Shown: positions 11,768 to 22,476, numbered from the stretch's first letter. The stretch: DNA of 64,000 nucleotides from Candidatus Obscuribacteraceae bacterium (GCA_044229845.1 JBGASG010000004.1:192001-256000); one strand, 5' to 3'. Numbers and translations are program-made. The notes: generated from the letters alone by a model not told the origin.

Positions 11768-12682
11768 ATGCCTAATAACTCACATCACCAGGACAAGCCG
11801 CTATGGAATGATTCCTGGGCACGCACCTTCCCGCTGGAAGGCAACCAGGAATTTGCACAGCTATTGCAATGGCTGAAACAAGCCACGCCAGAGCAGATGT
11901 ATGATCGGCTAAAAGACGTAAAAGACCTGCAACCAGCCCTGACCATCTGCGATCACATTTTGTTCGCAACAGAGCGCCAGGGGCAGTTCGCCGCTTTAGC
12001 GTGCTTTGCCAAAGCGAAGCTGAGCAAAGGGCAACGCAACCTGAAGGACTATTATCTGAGCCTCCTCGAGGATGGCGTGCGCATCGGCAAGACTTGTTTG
12101 CCCGCCGATCATCCCAAGATGGTGAGCGCCCAAAGGATAATCAAAGAGAACATCAAGCTAGATCCCGACTTGGAATTGCACACCAGGCATTGGGAACGCC
12201 TTTCAAATCACATGAACGCGGCAATCAAACTGAAGGAAATGTCCCACGATAAGGTCGTAAGCCGCCTGGTATCTAGAGAGCTGGACGGCTGGACAGTTTT
12301 CTACCTGACGACGATGTTGGTTTCAGAGGTCTTCAACGGCGGATTCGAGCAATACTTCGGAAACAAGCAAGGCCGGCATGCCGAACAGGTGATTGCTTCA
12401 TTCGATGAGCTGGATTCTTTTATGGCGGAAACAGTCAGAGCCGCTTTCGCAATATTCTTCGAGCACCGCCACCGCCATTCGCTGTCGGCATCGCAACGCA
12501 CATCTCTCAAAGCTGGAGACATCGTACAAGCAAGCGCCGCACCGGGTCGATTCCAGGGCGATCATGAGCTCTACGCAAGTGTAGACCGGCAGTTCTCGTC
12601 GTGGGACTCGGAGTTCGTCGAAACCGTTGCCGACTACATTCGCGACAACGAGCATGAATTCGAGACTCTGCCAGAGTTGTAA
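11768..12682 (+). CDS. Hypothetical protein with C-terminal DUF4375/DMP19-like domain
   Basis: EVFNGGFEQYFGN motif and C-terminal YIRDNEHEF; start uncertain. Confidence 0.65.
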   Translation: MPNNSHHQDKPLWNDSWARTFPLEGNQEFAQLLQWLKQATPEQMYDRLKDVKDLQPALTICDHILFATERQGQFAALACFAKAKLSKGQRNLKDYYLSLLEDGVRIGKTCLPADHPKMVSAQRIIKENIKLDPDLELHTRHWERLSNHMNAAIKLKEMSHDKVVSRLVSRELDGWTVFYLTTMLVSEVFNGGFEQYFGNKQGRHAEQVIASFDELDSFMAETVRAAFAIFFEHRHRHSLSASQRTSLKAGDIVQASAAPGRFQGDHELYASVDRQFSSWDSEFVETVADYIRDNEHEFETLPEL

Positions 12683-12687
12683 AAACA

Positions 12688-12716
12688 GAAGGTCCGGGCA
12701 TAAAGCCCGGACCTTC
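12688..12716 (-). terminator. Intrinsic terminator between convergent genes
   Basis: Perfect 12-bp stem GAAGGTCCGGGC-ATAAA-GCCCGGACCTTC followed by TGTTTTT on the minus strand. Confidence 0.8.
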
Positions 12717-12757
12717 ACTTCGCTTAGCACCATATCTGGTGCAGAGCTTTCAAACCA

Positions 12758-14263
12758 CTATTCGGCGAGGTTCATCCAAACACTCTTGATGTTGGAATAC
12801 AGCTCGATGGAGTGCTTGCCGAGCTCACGCCCGTAGCCGCTCATCTTGTATCCGCCGAACGGCATTTGTGGGTCGAACATGTTGTAGCAGTTGACCCAGA
12901 CTGTGCCGGCTTTGATCATCGAAGCAAACTTGTGGGCTTTCTTGACGTTGTTGGTCCAGACAGCACCGGACAAGCCGAAGGTGGTCTTGTTGGCTTGTTC
13001 CGCAACTTCTTCGACTGAGGTGAAAGGAATCACGGACAACACTGGTCCAAAGATTTCTTCCTGAGCAATCTTCATGTCGTTGTTGACGCCGGTGAAGATT
13101 GTCGGTTGGACGAAGTAGCCTTTGGCTAGCTCGCCTTGCGGACGGGCGCCGCCGCAAGCCAGTTTGGCGCCTTCTTTTTGACCGGCTTCGATGTATCCCA
13201 TGATCCGGTCCACTTGCTCTTTCGAGATTTGCGGACCGATCTGAGTTTTCTCATCGAGACCAGGGCCCTGGCGCATCTTGCCGACGCGCTCGAGCAGCTT
13301 GGTCATGAATTCGTCGTGGATGCCTTTCTCGAGGAAGAGGCGGCTGCCTGCGCAGCAGACTTGTCCCTGGTTGAAGAAGATGCCCATGATGGCGCCTTTG
13401 ACGGCGGCATCGATATCGGCATCGGCAAACACGATGTTGGGGGCTTTGCCGCCCAACTCGAGCGAGACACGCTTCAAGTTGCCGGTCGAGGCTTTGACGA
13501 TCTCTTTGCCGGTCTTGTCTTCGCCGGTGAAGGCGATTTTGTCGACATCCATATGGTTGGCGAGGAATTCGCCGGCGGAGTCTTTGCCGAAGCCCGGAAC
13601 GATGTTGATCACGCCTTCGGGGAAGCCCACTTCCATTGCCAGTTCACCGATACGAAGAGCGGTGAGCGGGGTTTGTTCGGCTGGCTTCAAGATCAGCGCG
13701 TTGCCGCAAGCCAGAGCCGGTCCCAGTTTCCACGCTGCCATCAGCATCGGGAAGTTCCAGGGAATGATCTGACCGACCACGCCCACCGGCTCGCGGAGGG
13801 TGTAGGTGTGGAACATCGGGTTGACGCTTGTGGTTTCGCCTTCCAGTTTGGTCACCCAACCGGCGTAATAGCGGAACGTTTCAACAGTCTGTACGACGTC
13901 TACCCAGCGGGATTCTTTGATGGGCTTGCCGTTGTCCAGTGTTTCCAGCTGAGCCATTTCATCGGCATGATCTTCGATGGCGTCCGCGAGTTTGTAGATC
14001 AAACGAGCGCGCTCGGCAGCTGAAAGTTTCTTGCGCCAGGCGCCTTCTTCAACCGCCTTGCGAGCGGCTTTGACAGCCTTGTCGATGTCGCCCTTGCCAC
14101 CTTCGGGAACCTTGGCGATAACTTCATCGGTTGCTGGGTTGTAGACTTCGAAAGTCTTGCCCGATTCGGCATCAACCCATTTGCCGTCGATGAGCATCTT
14201 CTTCGGCTTCTTCAGCCATTCTGTGACTGAAGGAGACACCAATTTTTCTTGCACTACGGCCAC
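12758..14263 (-). CDS. Aldehyde dehydrogenase (ALDH family 1/2-like)
   Basis: IIPWNFP, LELGGK, FFNQGQVCCAG (catalytic Cys), EEIFGP; GGAGG SD before GTG 14263. Confidence 0.96.
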   Translation of the reverse strand: MAVVQEKLVSPSVTEWLKKPKKMLIDGKWVDAESGKTFEVYNPATDEVIAKVPEGGKGDIDKAVKAARKAVEEGAWRKKLSAAERARLIYKLADAIEDHADEMAQLETLDNGKPIKESRWVDVVQTVETFRYYAGWVTKLEGETTSVNPMFHTYTLREPVGVVGQIIPWNFPMLMAAWKLGPALACGNALILKPAEQTPLTALRIGELAMEVGFPEGVINIVPGFGKDSAGEFLANHMDVDKIAFTGEDKTGKEIVKASTGNLKRVSLELGGKAPNIVFADADIDAAVKGAIMGIFFNQGQVCCAGSRLFLEKGIHDEFMTKLLERVGKMRQGPGLDEKTQIGPQISKEQVDRIMGYIEAGQKEGAKLACGGARPQGELAKGYFVQPTIFTGVNNDMKIAQEEIFGPVLSVIPFTSVEEVAEQANKTTFGLSGAVWTNNVKKAHKFASMIKAGTVWVNCYNMFDPQMPFGGYKMSGYGRELGKHSIELYSNIKSVWMNLAE

Positions 14264-14492
14264 GTTTCGACCCTCCAGGAAATCTGTTTCAATTTCGGCT
14301 TTAGTTTTTAGATCCTTTCGCCTATGCATCAGCCTGAATCGGCTCCTGATGCGACTTCTAAAGATTAGCACGTTCGCATTGTTAAGATATATCCAAGAAA
14401 GGTAAGGTTGATCTAATCTCGGAGATGCCTAAACCCTGCTACTGGAGCTATTCTCAGTCCTCGCACCTCACCGATTGAGATATCCCGTGTAT

Positions 14493-15392
14493 ATGACGAC
14501 GCGACGAACCTATGCTGTCTCTGCTGTTTCTACGGCTTCCGCGGTGCTCACAGCCGCTATCCTCGCCCTGACCTCGACGACCAGTGTCGCGCTCGGTGCC
14601 GGCAAGATGAACTACATGCAGAAGATGAAGCTGGCTGAATCCATGTATTTCAACGGCAATATCGAAGGCGCCATCAGAGCCTTTCAGGGCGCCTGCGAAC
14701 TGAATCCCAAGGCATTCGAGCCTCACCTGGGTCTGGTCAACCTGCACGTCAGCAACACCGACCTGCCGGCAGCCATCGAAGAATGCCATGTCTGTCTGAA
14801 AATGAAACCCGACCATCGCGATGCCCACTTGATTCTGGGCAACCTTTTGCGAGCCCAGGCTTCCAACGAAGAAGACACCGAGAAGCAAAATGCGATGTTC
14901 AAGGAAGCCAAAGAAACCATCAGCAACGCTCTGGAACTGGGCGCCAACAAAGCCATGTGCGAGATGCAAAAAAACACCAAAGCCGACATCATGATGGGTC
15001 TGGGCAAGGCCGACGAAGCCGTCGAGCTCTACGAAGACGCGCTGGAAGACGATCCACATTACTTCCAGGAATGCATCGCCCTGGGCAACTATTACGCATC
15101 AAATGATGACTTCAAGAAAGGACTCGACTTCTTCCAGCGCGCCCATGACATAAAGCCGGCCAACCGCGATGCTATGTACGGACTGGCTTTGATGTTGGAG
15201 AAAAAAGGTGACACCACCGCCGCCATCACCGCCTTCAACGATGCGTTGATGACCGAAACCGACGCCACACTGAAAGCGACAATTTCGATGCACGTCAATC
15301 AACTGCGCGGCATCGGCAACACCGGTAAGAGCGAAACATCCAGCTTGCTGAAAATCAAACGCCCGCCGGGCGGCGAATCAGCCTCAGAATAA
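14493..15392 (+). CDS. Secreted tetratricopeptide repeat protein
   Basis: Signal-peptide-like N-terminus; repeated TPR signatures (ELNPK, MKPDHRDAHLILG, IKPANRDAMYGLA). Confidence 0.8.
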   Translation: MTTRRTYAVSAVSTASAVLTAAILALTSTTSVALGAGKMNYMQKMKLAESMYFNGNIEGAIRAFQGACELNPKAFEPHLGLVNLHVSNTDLPAAIEECHVCLKMKPDHRDAHLILGNLLRAQASNEEDTEKQNAMFKEAKETISNALELGANKAMCEMQKNTKADIMMGLGKADEAVELYEDALEDDPHYFQECIALGNYYASNDDFKKGLDFFQRAHDIKPANRDAMYGLALMLEKKGDTTAAITAFNDALMTETDATLKATISMHVNQLRGIGNTGKSETSSLLKIKRPPGGESASE

Positions 15393-15398
15393 GTAAAG

Positions 15399-16676
15399 TT
15401 AGACCTGATCGAGCATTTCCAGAATCAGGATATTCCAACTCATGAAATTAGGCGCCCAGAGCGGGGCGCCTGTCTCGGCATTGTAGTTTTCGAATAACCC
15501 GGCGTGGTCGATAATGCTGTTAATGGCGGTGTTGATCGCGCGGTGTGCGACTTGCTGCGCCTCGCGTTTCAAGCCATGCCGGGCTAAGGCCCGAACAGCC
15601 AGTCCATTCGGCAATATCCACATCGGTCCCTGCCAATTTGAAACACGGGCTCGTCCGTATAATCCGCGCTTAGCCTGATTATAGAGATTCTCGGAAACCG
15701 CAACGGAAGCGACTCCTGCCGGACGCAAGAACTGCTGCTCGCTCAATATGTTCGATCTAAAAACCTGCTCGATACGCTCGGGCTTCACTGCATCGAAAAG
15801 CGCCGGCATCAGACCGCTGCAAGCCCGAAATGAAACTTGCTCACCATTTGAGGGATCGACATTGCAGTACATCTGCAATTTTTCGTTCCACATGCGTTCA
15901 TCAATGGCGATTGAGAGATCGGTGGCGCGCTTCGACCATTTGGCCGCCAGCTCTTTGTTGGCGGCTGCCGTGGCGATCGCTGCCACCGCTTTGAACTCAG
16001 CAAACAAATAAGCGCACAGATCAGTCGCCAGCAATCTGCCATCGGGATAAGCGACAGATTCGTTTTGATCTTTGGCGGCTTCAATCGGAGCCAGCAATGC
16101 GAGATTGTCGTCGATGCCGCTTTCAAGCACGTTGCGCCAATGAAAGAGTCCTTCCTTTTGTCGCGTGCGCACATAGTATTCGAGATAGCAATCCAGATCG
16201 GAAAGCAGGTTGGTCGGCAACGGCTCGTGAAAAGTTTCGTGCACGAAGAGCAGCGTTTGGGCAAGAAACGGTTTGCACATGTCGCCCGCATCCCAGATGC
16301 GTCCCGGCGAGACGGTACGCGGAATGTAGCCGTCCCCATGATTCAGACTGAGAAAGTTTGAGACGACGTCGGTTGCCAGATTTTTGATATCGATGCGCGG
16401 CGCTACCTGGCTGAAAAAACAAGAATCCCAGTCGTACATCTGCGGATAGTGTCCGACGGTAGAACGCTCCGCTACTGCGTCCGAGTCGTCAGATCCACCT
16501 TTGATACCATAGCTTGGAATGACATATCGATACTTGAGCTGCCCTTCCGCCGGCTGCACACACGTCAGAGCATTTTTGCGGAAGAACCGGTAGAAGAGCC
16601 GGTCGATCTCTCCCCTCGCCATCCCGCGGCGCCGATCCATCATGACGTACATGATATCGCTTTGATTGTCTGTCAA
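15399..16676 (-). CDS. Glycoside hydrolase, GH63/trehalase-like (alpha/alpha)6 family
   Basis: YDWDSCF, ESGIDD, WQGPMW, LFENYN motifs; GAGGAGG SD before TTG 16676. Confidence 0.8.
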   Translation of the reverse strand: MTDNQSDIMYVMMDRRRGMARGEIDRLFYRFFRKNALTCVQPAEGQLKYRYVIPSYGIKGGSDDSDAVAERSTVGHYPQMYDWDSCFFSQVAPRIDIKNLATDVVSNFLSLNHGDGYIPRTVSPGRIWDAGDMCKPFLAQTLLFVHETFHEPLPTNLLSDLDCYLEYYVRTRQKEGLFHWRNVLESGIDDNLALLAPIEAAKDQNESVAYPDGRLLATDLCAYLFAEFKAVAAIATAAANKELAAKWSKRATDLSIAIDERMWNEKLQMYCNVDPSNGEQVSFRACSGLMPALFDAVKPERIEQVFRSNILSEQQFLRPAGVASVAVSENLYNQAKRGLYGRARVSNWQGPMWILPNGLAVRALARHGLKREAQQVAHRAINTAINSIIDHAGLFENYNAETGAPLWAPNFMSWNILILEMLDQV

Positions 16677-16878
16677 AGAGCCTCCTCTCCAGCCAAAATG
16701 TTGAAGCTCCCAGGCGCGGGAATTGAACAATACCTGCTGGCGCACCCAGATTCAAGAGCGTGACTGCGCCGGAACAGCTACTACCAAATTCGCGGCCGCC
16801 ATGATGGCCACTGGCGCCACAAGCCGACGGACAGCGTCGCAACCGCTTTGCGGTAAACAGATGGCGAGTTGGTGCGCG

Positions 16879-18855
16879 CTACGCGAACGATGGCGACCAG
16901 CCACCTTGCGGCGGTCGATCTTTGTCGTCTTTCTCGTCGGTTTTGGTTTGAATCACAGCACCGCCGTCCAGCGCCATCTCGGGCGGTGGCGTCAGTTCGT
17001 CATCGTCGTCTTTGTTAGTTTCTTCCACGATGCCCAACTGGCGATTGACGTCAGCGAGAATCGCATCGAACTCGGCGGCATCGAGAGTTTCTTTCTCAAG
17101 CAGCACTTTGACGATGGCGTCCATGTGCGGACGGTGTTTCTTCATCAGTTCGGTGACGCGGTTGTACTGACTGCGAATCATGCCCGAGACTTCTTCGTCG
17201 ATGAGGGCCGCAATGCCTTCGCCGTAGTCGCGCTCGTGACCGAAGTCGCGTCCGAGGAATACATGATCGTTGCGCTTGCCGAAAGTCATCGGTCCGAGCT
17301 TGTCGCTCATACCAAATTCGGTGACCATGCGGCGCGCCAGTTTGGTGGCTTTCTCCAGGTCGTCCTGGGCACCGGTGGTGATTTCGCTGAAGACGATTTC
17401 TTCCGCGATGCGCCCGCCGAGGCTGACACCAATCTGATCAATCAGTTGCGAACGCGTGTGGCTCAAGATGTCTTCTTCCGGGAAGAACATCGTCAGACCC
17501 AGCGCGAAACCACGCGGAATGATCGTCACTTTGTGCAGCGGATGCGCATGCTTGAGCAACTTGCACATGATGGCGTGACCGACTTCGTGATACGCGGTCA
17601 GCTCTTTCTCCTTAGGAGAAATGATGCGCGTCTTCTTCTCCGGTCCGGCGATTACTTTATCAATCGCGGCTTCCAGATCTTTCATTTCGATCTCGCGCTT
17701 GTCTTTGCGAGCCGCAATCAGCGCTGCTTCGTTGATCAAGTTGGACAGATCGGCGCCGGTAAATCCGGGTGTGCGACGAGCCAATATTTTGATCTCGACG
17801 TCCTTGGCCAGCGGTTTGCCACGCGAGTGCACGGAGAGAATTTGTTCGCGACCGAGCACGTCGGGACGATCTAGAACGACCTGACGGTCGAAGCGGCCCG
17901 GACGCAGCAGTGCTGAGTCGAGAATGTCGGGACGGTTGGTGGCGGCTACGACAATGATGCCGGTAGTGCCTTCGAATCCATCCATTTCCACCAGCAACTG
18001 GTTGAGAGTTTGTTCGCGCTCGTCATGACCGCCGCCCAGTCCGGCGCCACGCTGGCGGCCGACCGCGTCGATTTCGTCGACGAACACGATACAGGGTGCA
18101 TGTTTTTTCGCTTGATCGAACAGGTCGCGGACGCGCGATGCGCCGACGCCTACGAACATCTCAACGAAGTCGGAGCCGGAGATGCTGAAGAAAGGCACGC
18201 CGGCTTCACCTGCTACTGCTTTAGCAAGCAGAGTCTTACCGGTACCTGGTGCGCCGACCAGCAGCACTCCGCGAGGAATGCGGGCGCCCAGCGCCTGGAA
18301 TTTTTCCGGGCTTTTGAGAAAGTCGACGATCTCTTGCAGTTCTTGCTTGGCTTCGTCGATTCCAGCGACATCAGCAAATGTCACTTTGACTTTGCTGTCG
18401 AGCATCAGCTTGGCACGGCTGCGTCCGAAGCTCATCGCCTGGTTGCCACCAGCTTGCGCGTTGCGGAACATGAACAGAAATCCGACGAGCAACAAGATCG
18501 GCAGGAAGAACGAACTCAACATGCTGAACCAGAAACTCGACTTGTCCGGATCTTTCACATCAAAGGGAATCTTGTTGTCGGTCAGCAATTTGAGCATCGA
18601 CTCTTTTGCTTCAGCCGGAACAATCACCGCCTTCTCGCGCTCGGCGCCGGGCAGTTTCACCTGAATGACGTTGTCACCATTGGTGATCGAAACTTTGTCG
18701 ATTTCCTTATTGGCATCACCCTTGAGCAGCATCGCTTGCAGCTGCGAATAGGTGAGGGGCTCTTCTTTGCGCGTGATGCTGGTCAGCGTGAAAACGAAGA
18801 AAACCAACACCAATAGTAAGAAGAAAACGGCGCCTGTCGTCCCGTACTTCCTCAT
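16879..18855 (-). CDS. ftsH: ATP-dependent zinc metalloprotease FtsH
   Basis: Two TM segments, [27 protein letters not shown]. Confidence 0.98.
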   Translation of the reverse strand: MRKYGTTGAVFFLLLVLVFFVFTLTSITRKEEPLTYSQLQAMLLKGDANKEIDKVSITNGDNVIQVKLPGAEREKAVIVPAEAKESMLKLLTDNKIPFDVKDPDKSSFWFSMLSSFFLPILLLVGFLFMFRNAQAGGNQAMSFGRSRAKLMLDSKVKVTFADVAGIDEAKQELQEIVDFLKSPEKFQALGARIPRGVLLVGAPGTGKTLLAKAVAGEAGVPFFSISGSDFVEMFVGVGASRVRDLFDQAKKHAPCIVFVDEIDAVGRQRGAGLGGGHDEREQTLNQLLVEMDGFEGTTGIIVVAATNRPDILDSALLRPGRFDRQVVLDRPDVLGREQILSVHSRGKPLAKDVEIKILARRTPGFTGADLSNLINEAALIAARKDKREIEMKDLEAAIDKVIAGPEKKTRIISPKEKELTAYHEVGHAIMCKLLKHAHPLHKVTIIPRGFALGLTMFFPEEDILSHTRSQLIDQIGVSLGGRIAEEIVFSEITTGAQDDLEKATKLARRMVTEFGMSDKLGPMTFGKRNDHVFLGRDFGHERDYGEGIAALIDEEVSGMIRSQYNRVTELMKKHRPHMDAIVKVLLEKETLDAAEFDAILADVNRQLGIVEETNKDDDDELTPPPEMALDGGAVIQTKTDEKDDKDRPPQGGWSPSFA

Positions 18856-18997
18856 TTCAATCTCCAAATAACCGTGCCAATAAGTATCTTAGAATTATAA
18901 CATGGTGAAAACGCATACTAAGGATGAGCCAGAAGCAAGCCCCATGAGCTTTTCAGGGCTTGGTCGCATTCACCGCCCGCGGGCTGAGACCTAAGCC

Positions 18998-20437
18998 TCA
19001 TGAGAGTTTCACGTCGTCGGCGGCGATTTTCATCAACCTCAGCACATGCGTTGGACGTGAATGAACTCGTAATCTATCGCTCAGTCCGACGCCGGGCACC
19101 CACAGCACTTCCTGCTCATTTGCCAGGACAATCAGGTTACCTCCCGCTGACCATGCGGCATTCGACCGTTCGTGCGTGTGCAGAAACTTTTTCAGGCGCA
19201 CGCACTCCTGCATCCCGAAGGGCTTCATGACATCTCCGTCGCGCCGCACACGAAATGCCAAATGGTCGTCACATTCCGAAAGATCCACCAGCGCTTCCCA
19301 TGAGTTACTTTGTGGATACCTCAATTCGGCATCCGGTCCAGCAAACTCTTCGATGCGCAATGCAAATCCCAGATCGAGCGCCATGGTTTGACCGGGCACG
19401 CGAACTTTGTGGGCAACATGCGACTCATCGCGGTGCGTGTCACCAATCGACTTGTCCAGAAAAACCAGTTGTCCGTCTTTGATCACAGCATCCCACCGTT
19501 CACTAAGCGATACCGATCCATAACCGTCATTCAAGCATCCTAACAAAGTTTCGACGCGCTCATAGTTGACTTCAATGTCGCGTTCTCGCAAGACGCGCAC
19601 GAGCACCCGCCGAGCCAGCGCTGGATTCGGCTTTAATTGCTCGAACAGCTCTGCTTCCGCGGGAGCATTTCCGCCCCGCTCCATCATTTTCCATCCGTGC
19701 ATCGTGGCAGTGGCGAGATGCTCCATGAACGTATCTTCGATTTGCAGGGTCGAGCGCAGTTGGTCCATGCGTTCGACAAACCCGGGAAAGCGGCTCTCAA
19801 TGCGGGGCACCAGTTCGTTGCGAATATAGTTTCTTGCATAGTCATTGCTCAGATTCGACGCGTCGGTGCGTGCCACCACATCGTTCTCCTGAAGGAAACT
19901 TTCAATGTCGCTGCGCCGCACGGTAAGCAAGGGACGCACGATCGCCATGCCGCTGTGCGACGAGCGTCTCGCTGGAATGCCCGTCAGACCGGCGACGGCT
20001 GTGCCGCGAAACAAGCGAAACAACATGGTTTCGATTTGATCATCGAGAGTGTGCGCCATCAGGATTGCATCCGCTCCATGCGCCATGGCAGTCGCTTCCA
20101 GAAAGTCATACCGCAGTGTTCGCAACGTCTTCTCAGACGCATCGGCGGGCTCGATTCTCTTCACTATCAATGGAATTGCCTGCGCTTCACAGACGGCTCG
20201 GCAGAAATCTTCGTCGGCGTCGGAATCGGCACCGCGCAAACCGTAATTGACATGCCCGGCTAGAAGTTCACAGCCGAGTTCGTTTGCCCGAACCAACTGC
20301 GCCGCCAGAAGCAGCAATGCCGTCGAATCCGGACCGCCCGAAAATGCCAGCACGAACTTGCCGGGACGGTCTTTCCGCGGCACGAGCGACGTCAGGCAAT
20401 CGCGAACCGTGTCTTTGAGGCTGAGGACGCTTTTCAT
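18998..20437 (-). CDS. tilS: tRNA(Ile)-lysidine synthetase
   Basis: AFSGGPDS PP-loop, HVNYGLRG, AHTLDDQIET, RPLL, RNYIR; adjacent to ftsH. Confidence 0.95.
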   Translation of the reverse strand: MKSVLSLKDTVRDCLTSLVPRKDRPGKFVLAFSGGPDSTALLLLAAQLVRANELGCELLAGHVNYGLRGADSDADEDFCRAVCEAQAIPLIVKRIEPADASEKTLRTLRYDFLEATAMAHGADAILMAHTLDDQIETMLFRLFRGTAVAGLTGIPARRSSHSGMAIVRPLLTVRRSDIESFLQENDVVARTDASNLSNDYARNYIRNELVPRIESRFPGFVERMDQLRSTLQIEDTFMEHLATATMHGWKMMERGGNAPAEAELFEQLKPNPALARRVLVRVLRERDIEVNYERVETLLGCLNDGYGSVSLSERWDAVIKDGQLVFLDKSIGDTHRDESHVAHKVRVPGQTMALDLGFALRIEEFAGPDAELRYPQSNSWEALVDLSECDDHLAFRVRRDGDVMKPFGMQECVRLKKFLHTHERSNAAWSAGGNLIVLANEQEVLWVPGVGLSDRLRVHSRPTHVLRLMKIAADDVKLS

Positions 20438-20514
20438 AGCGCTAATTCTACGGGTTGCCCGGCGCCTTTGCAGGGTTTCAGCGCACACAGGCGGCTTCGC
20501 GCTAAACTGGAGAA

Positions 20515-21318
20515 ATGCTGAAACAACATGCCGCCATTTTTGCCACGTTGTCATTAACCTTCTTTATGTCGTTGCCGGTCATGGCAGACGACGAGCCGGC
20601 ACCCTTGCAAGGGCAGGTTGAGGAAACCGGCATCGCGCCGGTCACTGCGCCTCCGCAGACCTTAAGCGAACCGATTCCGGTGCCGGTCACCGCCACTCCA
20701 GACCTGCAGTCGCAACCGGCCCAGTCCGATTCCAGCATGCTGCAAGGCAGCGCCGAGCAAAACGACCTGGCAGGCAGCGCCGAACAAGGTGGATTGCAAA
20801 AGCAAATGCCGCGCGGCGACAAGCAGCCGACACTGAGGGGATTCGCCTCCACCGAGACCGGCGGTCTATCAAACGATGACCCCGATGTCGAAGATCAGGA
20901 GATGCAAGTCGAATGGGACAAGTGGCGCAACCGCTTCTTGCGCACGGTGCTGATGAGCGTCAACGAGAAGATAAACAATCCAGATCCGGAAGAATATGTG
21001 CGTCCGCGCATCGATCCGCGCACAGGCGTGCTGATGCCTCGTTATCCACTGGGCACGATTGCCTGGTTCACAGTACAGGTCACCAGGGATGGTGCCATCA
21101 AGAATCTGTCGATTATAGAAACATCTGGTCATCCTTCTTATGACCGAGCGGTGATGAAAGCGATCAAAGAGCTGGAATTCTCCTCCTTGTTGCGCTACCC
21201 GAAAGGTTCAAGGCGTGTCCTCGTCCAGCAAGAAGGCGGCATCAAAACCGCGACTCAAGGTGGTTACACCGACCAGAAATTCGGCGACGTGGAGAAGTAC
21301 AGAGAGCCGGCCTGGTAA
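20515..21318 (+). CDS. Secreted protein with TonB C-terminal-like domain
   Basis: Signal peptide, Pro-rich linker, FTVQVTRDGAIKNLSIIETSGHPSYDRAVMKAI. Confidence 0.7.
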   Translation: MLKQHAAIFATLSLTFFMSLPVMADDEPAPLQGQVEETGIAPVTAPPQTLSEPIPVPVTATPDLQSQPAQSDSSMLQGSAEQNDLAGSAEQGGLQKQMPRGDKQPTLRGFASTETGGLSNDDPDVEDQEMQVEWDKWRNRFLRTVLMSVNEKINNPDPEEYVRPRIDPRTGVLMPRYPLGTIAWFTVQVTRDGAIKNLSIIETSGHPSYDRAVMKAIKELEFSSLLRYPKGSRRVLVQQEGGIKTATQGGYTDQKFGDVEKYREPAW

Positions 21319-21374
21319 ACAGACCGACTCCCTATATCTAAATGCTTCCGTTGTGGCTTTTCGCGGTGCGCTGG

Positions 21375-22076
21375 TTAGCGACGCTTGCTTTTCGCCTTGC
21401 CGCCCGGTTTTTTGGCGGCAGACTTTTTGCTGGTGGCTTTTTTAGCCGTCGACTTTTTAGCGGTCGACTTCTTCGCGGCAGTTTTCTTGGCACCAGCCTT
21501 TTTGGCGCCCGCTTTTTTGGCGGTCGACTTTTTGGCGGTCGTTTTTTTCGCGCCCGGCTTGGCTTTGGTTGTCGCCTTGCGCTGGGCGGCTTTGCCGGCT
21601 TTCTTCACAGTGCGCTTGCCTTTGGCAGCTTTCTTGCCGGCGGCAACGGCCAGATTGGCTCTCTTGATTAGCGGAATCGCTTTGTCGGCATCACGCTCAC
21701 TGTCAAAGCCCATGATGCTGACATACTTTTTGCCGGCCACCAGTGTCATCACGAAGCAGATGTTGATGCCGGCTTCAGCCAGCGCTTGCGAGATGCGGGC
21801 GCCGATGCCCGGACGATCGTCACCGGAGACGAGCAAGCAGCTCACATCGCCAAACGGCATCAGTCCACCCTTGCGGGCGGCATCTTCGGCTTTCTTGCCT
21901 TCCACCGGAAATACTTCTACGGCAGCGTGATCGTCGTCGCCTGGAAATCTATAGCCCATGACGGTGGTCAGATTTACTCCAGCCGCTGCCAGCGGCTGCA
22001 ATGCCTTCGACAAGGTGCCCGGACGATTGTCCAGTTCTTTGCGCCACAATCTAGCTTTCTTGACGGTAACAGCCAT
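21375..22076 (-). CDS. Tandem ACT-domain protein with Lys/Ala-rich histone H1-like tail
   Basis: NRPGTLSKALQPLAAAGVNL and DRPGIGARISQALAEAGINI ACT motifs; GGAGG SD before ATG 22076. Confidence 0.8.
   Translation of the reverse strand: MAVTVKKARLWRKELDNRPGTLSKALQPLAAAGVNLTTVMGYRFPGDDDHAAVEVFPVEGKKAEDAARKGGLMPFGDVSCLLVSGDDRPGIGARISQALAEAGINICFVMTLVAGKKYVSIMGFDSERDADKAIPLIKRANLAVAAGKKAAKGKRTVKKAGKAAQRKATTKAKPGAKKTTAKKSTAKKAGAKKAGAKKTAAKKSTAKKSTAKKATSKKSAAKKPGGKAKSKRR
21411..21560 (-). repeat. 15-nt coding tandem repeat encoding about 9 AKKxx pentapeptides
   Basis: AKKTT AKKST AKKAG AKKAG AKKTA AKKST AKKST AKKAT SKKSA; 15-nt periodicity visible in DNA. Confidence 0.85.
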
Positions 22077-22237
22077 TATTCCCCCTCCCAATATTGAGGC
22101 GGACAATATTAGCAAATTAGCCTGCTGAATTGTGAAATTGTTTCGCGCACCATATTTGGTGGCACCGCGTCCACCCCGGCGCCCTGCCGATCTGCGGTTA
22201 GGAAGAAACAGTACCGAGCCCGTGGCGCCACTCAACT

Positions 22238-22272
22238 AAAAACGCCGACAGCACGAAAGTGCCGCCGACGTC
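22238..22272 (-). terminator. Intrinsic terminator downstream of tRNA-Glu
   Basis: Minus-strand GACGTCGGCGGCAC-TTTC-GTGCTGTCGGCGTT stem with G-U pairs, then T run. Confidence 0.7.
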
Positions 22273-22280
22273 TTAAAATT

Positions 22281-22353
22281 TACCCCCAGGGGAATTCGAA
22301 TCCCCGTTACCTCCGTGAAAGGGAGGTGTCCTAGGCCTCTAGACGATGGGGGC
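22281..22353 (-). tRNA. trnE: tRNA-Glu (anticodon TTC), CCA not encoded
   Basis: GCCCCCATCGTCTAGAGGCCTAGGACACCTCCCTTTCACGGAGGTAACGGGGATTCGAATTCCCCTGGGGGTA folds as a cloverleaf. Confidence 0.97.
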
Positions 22354-22476
22354 ATCGCTTACTTGAGTACCGCAGACTTAGGAGAATAACAAACACAAAT
22401 CATGAGTGTCAACTTGCACCCCGTTGCAACCGCCAATTCGTAGTAATATGAAAAATTCCAGGCGCAAAGACGACAC

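Noticed and set aside
14930..15010. Possible internal deletion in the TPR protein (irregular repeat at ANKAMCEMQKNTKAD)
   Set aside because: TPR spacing varies naturally; cannot be supported without a homolog alignment
16879..20437. tilS-ftsH adjacency as a novel association
   Set aside because: A well-known conserved neighbourhood in many bacteria
21385..21930. Hydrophobic FLA-repeat ORF on the plus strand
   Set aside because: It is the reverse complement of the AKK repeat tail of the ACT protein
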